A DNA stretch of 64,000 nucleotides from assembly GCA_002269645.1 (NCBI GenBank), contig NIVC01001128.1, forward strand, positions 186,001 through 250,000, in the 5' to 3' direction. Origin of the DNA: Macrostomum lignano (taxonomy: Eukaryota). The notes under the pieces are model-generated. The model worked only from the letters and a program-made list of their open reading frames with translations, did no database searches and had not been told where the DNA came from. How positions within the stretch are numbered: position 1 is the stretch's first letter; each line of letters starts with the position of its first letter. The translations under genes were made by a program, and so were the position numbers. This document shows, one piece after another, positions 58,382 through 64,000 of this stretch.

Positions 58382-61300
58382 ATGAGGCGGTCATTGTCTA
58401 GCGGTGAGTCTGATTTATTGAGTTGCTGTTTGGTGGATTATGAATCTTGAGTAAGGACGTATAGTTGGTAATTTTGTTCCTTTGTTCCTTAAAGGGAAGC
58501 CGGTAGACATGGTTGTGAAGCTGACAGATAGGAGGGGAAGCTGACACAGACACAGTGGGGAATCTGACACTGACACAGTGCGGAAGCTGACTCAGACACG
58601 AAGGGAAAGCTGACACTGACACAAAGGGGAAGCTGACGCAGACACAGTGGGGAAGCTGACACAGACACGAAGGGAAAGCTGACACTGACACAGTGGGGAA
58701 GCTGACAGACACGAAGGGAAAGCTGACACAGACACGAAGGGAAAGCTGACACAGACACGAAGGGAAAGCTGACACACACGAAGGGAAAGCTGACACTGAC
58801 ACAGTGGGGAAGCTGACACAGACACGAAGGGAAAGCTGACACAGACACAGTGGGGAAGCTGACACTGACGCAAAGGGAAAGCTGACACAGACACAGTGGG
58901 GAAGCTGACACTGACACAGTGCGGAAGCTGACACAGACACAGTGGGGAAGCTGACACTGACGCAAAGGGAAAGCTGACACAGACACAGTGGGGAAGCTGA
59001 CACTGACACAGTGCGGAAGCTGACACAGACACGAAGGGAAAGCTGACACTGACACAAAGGGGAAGCTGACACAGAGACAGTGGGGAAGCTGACACAGACA
59101 CGAAGAGAAAGCTGACACTGACACAGACACGAAGAGAAAGCTGACACTGACACAGACACAGGGGGTATCTGACACAGACACGAAGGGAAAGCTGACACAG
59201 ACACAAAGGGGAAGCTGACACAGACACGAAGGGAAAGCTGAGACTGACACAAAGGGGAAGCTGACACAGACACAGTGGGGAAGCTGACACAGACACAGGG
59301 GGAAGCTGACACAGACACGAAGGGAAAGCTAACACTGACACAAAGGGGAAGCTGACACAGACACAGTGGGGAAGCTGACACAGACACAAAGGGGAAGCTG
59401 ACACAGACACGAAGGGAAAGCTGAGACTGACACAAAGGGGAAGCTGACACAGACACAGTGGGGAAGCTGACACAGACACAGGGGGAAGCTGACACAGACA
59501 CGAAGGGAAAGCTAACACTGACACAAAGGGGAAGCTGACACAGACACAGTGGGGAAGCTGACACAGACACAGGGGGAAGCTGACACTGACACGAAGGGAA
59601 AGCTGACACAGACACAGTGGGGAAGCTGACACAGACACAAAGGGGAAGCTGACACTGACACAGTGGGAAAGCTGACACAAACACGGAGAGTAGGCTAGTA
59701 GAGACAAGAAGAAAAGCCAACAGAACCTCAAACCCGGTCACCTCCAGCATCCCCCATGAGCGGCAGCGATGCCTCGGCCGAGCCCAACACTGACAAGCTG
59801 TTCACAGCCGAGCACGAAGCGATGCGTTCCACTCTTCGTCGAATAATCGAACAGGATATTAATCCCTACGTTGACGAATGGGAGGCTAAAGAGATCTTTC
59901 CAGCTAAACAATTATTTAAGAAATTAGGCAACGCCGGCCTGCTAGGAGTTACTAGGCCGGTAGAGTACGGCGGCCTTGGCTTAGATTATTCCTACTCGGT
60001 AGCTCTGGCTGAAGAGTACGGCAGAGTGAACTGCGGCGGCGTGCCCATGGCGATCGGCGTACAGAGCGACATGGCAACCCCGGCTCTGGCTAGATTCGGA
60101 TCGCACGAATTGAAGGAACAATTTCTTAGGCCATCTATTGCCGGAGATCTGGTAGCCTGTCTGGGCGTCAGCGAGCCAACAGCTGGTAGCGATGTGGCTT
60201 CGATTAAGACTACGGCGAGGAGAGATGGTGACGATTTGGTGAGTGACAGGCATTGGGAATCGCCTCCTGACTGGCTTTGAGAATCGCCTCTTGACGGGCT
60301 TTGAGAATCGCCTACTGACAGGCTTTAAGAATCGCCTACTGACGGGCTTTGAGAATCGCCTCTTGACAGGCTTTGAGAATCGTCTCTTGACGGGCTTTAA
60401 GAATCGCCTCTTGACAGGCTTTGAGAATCGTCTCTTGACGGGCTTTAAGAATCGCCTCTTGACAGGCGTTGAGAATCGTCTCTTGACGGGCTTTGAGAAT
60501 CGCCTACTGACGGGCTTTGAGAAACGTCTCTTGACGGGCTTTGAAAATCGTCTCTTGACGGGCTTTGAGAATCGCCTACTGACGGGCTTTGAGAATCGCC
60601 TCTTGACGGGCTTTGAGAATCGCGTACTGACGACGGGCTTTGAGAATCGCCTCTTGACGGGCTTTGAAAATCGCCTCCTGGTGGACATTGAAAATCGCCT
60701 ACTGGTGGACATTGAAAATCGCCTCCTGGTGGTCATTGAAAATCGCCTTCTGGTGGACATGGAGAATCGCCTCCTGGTGGATATTAAGAATCGCCTCCTG
60801 GTGGAGATTGAGAATCGCCTCCTGGTATTCGTTGAGAATCGCCCCTTCTTGACAGGCATTGAGAACCGCCTCTTCTTGACAGGCATTGAGAACCGCCTCT
60901 TCTTGACAGGCATTGAGAACCGCCTCTTCTTGACAGGCATTGAGAACCGCCTCTTCTTGACAGGCATTGAGAACCGCCTCTTCTTGACAGGCATTGAGAA
61001 CCGCCTCTTCTTGACAGGCATTGAGAACCGCCTCTTCTTGACAGGCATTGAGAACCGCCTCTTCTTGACAGGCATTGAGAACCGCCTCTTCTTGACAGGC
61101 ATTGAGAACCGCCTCTTCTTGACAGGCATTGAAAATAGCTTATTTGATAGGCATTCAGAATCATTACTTTATGTAAAACACAATATTAACTAATCTTGGA
61201 ACTGCAGAAATTCTAATATAAATTAATAGTGCTTAACTAATAAGACCGCTTTGGAATGCCTTGAAATCCTTCTTAAAAATCCTCTTAAATCGCTGTCAAT

Positions 61301-62662
61301 CAGGTTATCAACGGCAGCAAGATGTGGATCACCAGCGGTATGCAGGCGGACTGGATGTGCCTTCTAGCCAACACCGAGGCGTCGGTGAAAGATCCCTATC
61401 TGTCCAAATCCCTAATCTGCCTGCCGCTAGACTTGCCCGGTGTTCAACGCGCTCGCAAGATCCGCAAAATCGGTATGCACAGCTCGGACACTGCTCAGTT
61501 ATTCTTCGAGAATGTCCGAGTACCAGCCAGCTACCTTATTGGCGAGCCTGGTCAGGGATTCATTTACCAGATGCTGCAGTTTCAGGAGGAGCGACTGTTT
61601 GGGGCAGCTGCTAACCTGCTGGGCCTGGAGCTTATCATTCAGGTGCGAAATTCAAAGCTATTGATAGCCATCACACCTGCCAGATCCCCAGTTGCTGGGC
61701 CAGCCTGCCAAATCCTCAGTTGCTGGGCCAGCCCCCCAGATCCTCAGTTGCTGGGCCAGCCCCCCAGATCCTCAGTTGCTGGGCCAGGCACTTAGATTTT
61801 CAGTTGCTGGGCCAGCCTCCCAGAGTGTCAGTTGCTGGGCCAGCCTCCCAGAGTGTCAGTTACTGGGCCAGCCTCCCAGATCCCCAGTTTCCGAGCCAGC
61901 CTCCCAGATCCTGAGTTGCTGGGCCAGCCTGCCAGATCTCCAGTTGCTGGGCCAGCCTCCCAGATCCTCAGTCAGTTACTGGGCCAGCCTCCCAGATCCT
62001 CAGTCAGTTACTGGGCCAGCCTCCCAGATCCTCAGTCAGTTACTGGGCCAGCCTCCCAGATCCTCAGTCAGTTACTGGGCCAGCCTCCCAGATCCTCAGT
62101 CAGTTACTGGGCCAGCCTCCCAGATCCTCAGTCAGTTACTGGGCCAGCCTCCCAGATCCTCAGTCAGTTACTGGGCCAGCCTCTCAGATCCTCAGTCAGT
62201 TACTGGGCCAGACTTCCAGTGTGTCAGTTGCTGGTCCAGCCTCCCAGATCCTCAGTTTATCCACACCATAAACTACAGGAAACCGCTGAATACGCCCGTC
62301 AGCGCAAAGCCTTCGGCCAGTCTCTGCTAGACTTTCAAACTGTTCATTTTCGTCTGGCCGAACTGCTCACAGAAGTTGAGCTTCTTCGCTCAATGGTTTA
62401 TCGAGCCACGGCCAAGTACGTTGCCGGCAATGACGTCACTATGCTGGCCTCTATGGCCAAACTCAAAGCTGGCCGGCTTGTACGCGAAGTGACGGACAGC
62501 TGCCTGCAGTACTGGGGCGGCATGGGCTTCACTGACGAGGTTCGGGTTAGCCGATTCTATCGCGACGGTCGACTGCTGTCTATCGGGGCTGGCGCTGACG
62601 AAGTGATGCTGTCAATCATTTGCAAGTACATGCGCACTCTGCCTAAGCCGCCGAAGAAATGA
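58382..62662 (+). CDS. Acyl-CoA dehydrogenase (LCAD/IVD-type catalytic Glu; AtuD/acdh-6-like)
   Basis: Exons 58382-58403 (MRRSLSS, inferred; may extend upstream to the acceptor at 58306), 59748-60238, 61304-61642, 62279-62662. Motifs: CLGVSEPTAGSDVASIKTTA, INGSKMWITSG, KIGMHSSDTAQLFFENVRVP, MLQFQEERL, RKAFGQSLLDFQTVHFRLAE, QYWGGMGF, YRDGRLLSIGAGADEVM. Confidence 0.93.
58520..59685. repeat. Modular minisatellite GCTGACACAGACAC + AGTGGGGAA/GAAGGGAAA/AAAGGGGAA (ACAD intron 1)
   Basis: Directly visible. Confidence 0.95.
60243..61140. repeat. 24/27-bp minisatellite GAGAATCGCCTCTTGACGGGCTTT grading into GAGAACCGCCTCTTCTTGACAGGCATT (ACAD intron 2)
   Basis: Starts at the donor site; three successive unit types. 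Confidence 0.95.
61670..62255 (+). repeat. 28/32-bp GTTGCTGGGCCAGCCTCCCAGATCCTCA array (ACAD intron 3)
   Basis: Same family as the 51 kb array. Confidence 0.95.
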
Positions 62663-63244
62663 TGAAGAATCAGTAAGTAGCTTACGGTTATTATTGAGTA
62701 CTATTAGGCGAATAAATATTGTATTTTTTCTCCATTTTTTTAGAAACTTTTCCTATAATGTTCGATGCTTCTACTGAGTGACGTAATTTGTTAGTAGTAA
62801 ATTGGATTTTTCTGACAAATTACGTTTTTTGTAATTTATTCTTATCTCTAATAGTTTTGAAATCATGTGCAGTAGAATCTAACCGTTCTAATTCCTTTAA
62901 ACTATCGTGTCAATTTTTAAATCATTTTTACGAGTGTGTACCTGCAATCTTGCATGCCCGTATAGATATGCTTTGGGTGATTTAAATGTCTGGTGCTTTA
63001 AAAGTGAATATGCTACTACTTATTAGTATATTGTGATAAATGTAACTTTATCTTTTCTAATTTGCGAATAAAGATGTTGCCGTAATCAAATCGAATTTTA
63101 ACTGTGTCAAAAAATTATTAAGCACTGTTCATTTCTTAGAAATCAAAGAAATCTGAGTAAGGATTAAGGTTAGGATTAAAATTTTGTCAGCACCTAAAGT
63201 TTTAATTTGATACAAAGGGTAGCGTTCGCTTAGCAACTAGGAGG

Positions 63245-63598
63245 CTGGCCTAGCAACTGAGGATCTGGAAGGCTGGAATAGCAACTGAGGATCTAAGAGG
63301 CTGGAACAGCAACTGAGGATCTGGGAGGCTAGCCCAGCAACTGAGGATCTGGGAGGCTGGCCCAGCAGCTGAGGATCTGGGAGGCTGGCCCAGCAACTGA
63401 GGATCTAAGAGGCTGGCCCAGCAACTGAGGATCTGGGAGGCTGGCCCAGCAACTGAGGATCTGGGAGGCTGGCCCAGCAACTGAGGATCTGGGAGGCTGG
63501 CCCAGCAGCTGAGGATTTGGGAGGCTGGCCCAGCAACTGAGGATCTGGGAGGCTGGCCCAGCAACTGAGGATCTGGGAGGATTGTGGCCCAGCAACTG
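63245..63598 (-). repeat. 28-bp family array in reverse orientation, intergenic
   Basis: TGAGGATCTGGGAGGCTGGCCCAGCAAC units, the reverse complement of the 28-mer. Confidence 0.95.
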
Positions 63599-63840
63599 AC
63601 AATCGGAGGCCCACTTTTGAATTCTAGTGAACTAAAATAAAGTCAGCCTTTAGAATGGTTTTACAATATTATAATGGTATAATTATTAAAAATTCGCTAT
63701 TTACACTTTATGCTTCTATATTTTGAAAGAATTCACTAACTGAGTCACAACTATTAAAAGATTCTGACGCGCTCGTCCAGCATCTGGGCATATTGTGTTA
63801 ACACAGGTGACATTGAGGCACGGTTGGCCATCGCCTGTAG

Positions 63841-64000
63841 ATGTCCAGCGAAGAGAGCAGCGGCGGAGGGGGCGGCGGCGGCTACGGTCACAGGGCTGCG
63901 GTGCCGCAGCAGCAACTGTTGGATCGGAAACGGCTGACTTCCGGTCTGGATTCTTCTGGCGGCGCTTCCGGCGTCAGGAGCGGCGGCGGTGGCGGAGGCA
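63841..64000 (+). CDS. Probable start of a gene running off the window (Gly/Ser-rich N-terminus, product unknown)
   Basis: ATG immediately after an acceptor-like CTGTAG. Open frame MSSEESSGGGGGGGYGHRAAVPQQQLLDRKRLTSG... continues to the edge in GC-rich, exon-like sequence. Confidence 0.45.
   Translation, partial: MSSEESSGGGGGGGYGHRAAVPQQQLLDRKRLTSGLDSSGGASGVRSGGGGGG

Noticed and set aside
63754-64000. Open minus-strand frame ending ...QMLDERVRIF* at the window edge
   Set aside because: The plus-strand frame with acceptor plus ATG and a Gly-rich N-terminus is the more plausible coding strand. Strand cannot be settled without downstream sequence.

Overview
Intron-rich animal genomic DNA with no prokaryotic or CRISPR content. 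Compact genes with minisatellite-filled introns and CpG-rich exons resemble the flatworm Macrostomum, but that is an unverified inference. All exon models were built by hand from GT-AG sites and phase continuity. Contents in order: (1) two tandem minus-strand aldehyde oxidase/xanthine dehydrogenase-family genes, copy A cut by the window start and carrying four 1-bp deletions, copy B complete (14 exons, 1289 aa); (2) a 10-exon minus-strand ionotropic glutamate receptor-family gene (881 aa) whose cytoplasmic tail is a PNPase (PNPT1)-like S1 RNA-binding domain, the most striking observation; (3) a SINE; (4) a 3-exon glutamine synthetase/lengsin-like pseudoenzyme gene with an in-frame TAG; (5) a decayed RTE-type LINE; (6) a ~3 kb CpG-depleted island with decayed coding remnants; (7) a 15-exon Rod/KNTC1 kinetochore gene (about 2121 aa) with a tandem repeat in 12 of 14 introns and LTR/BEL/Penelope relics in intron 6; (8) an LCAD/AtuD-type acyl-CoA dehydrogenase gene with a small upstream exon not shown in the ORF track; (9) the probable start of another gene at the right edge.
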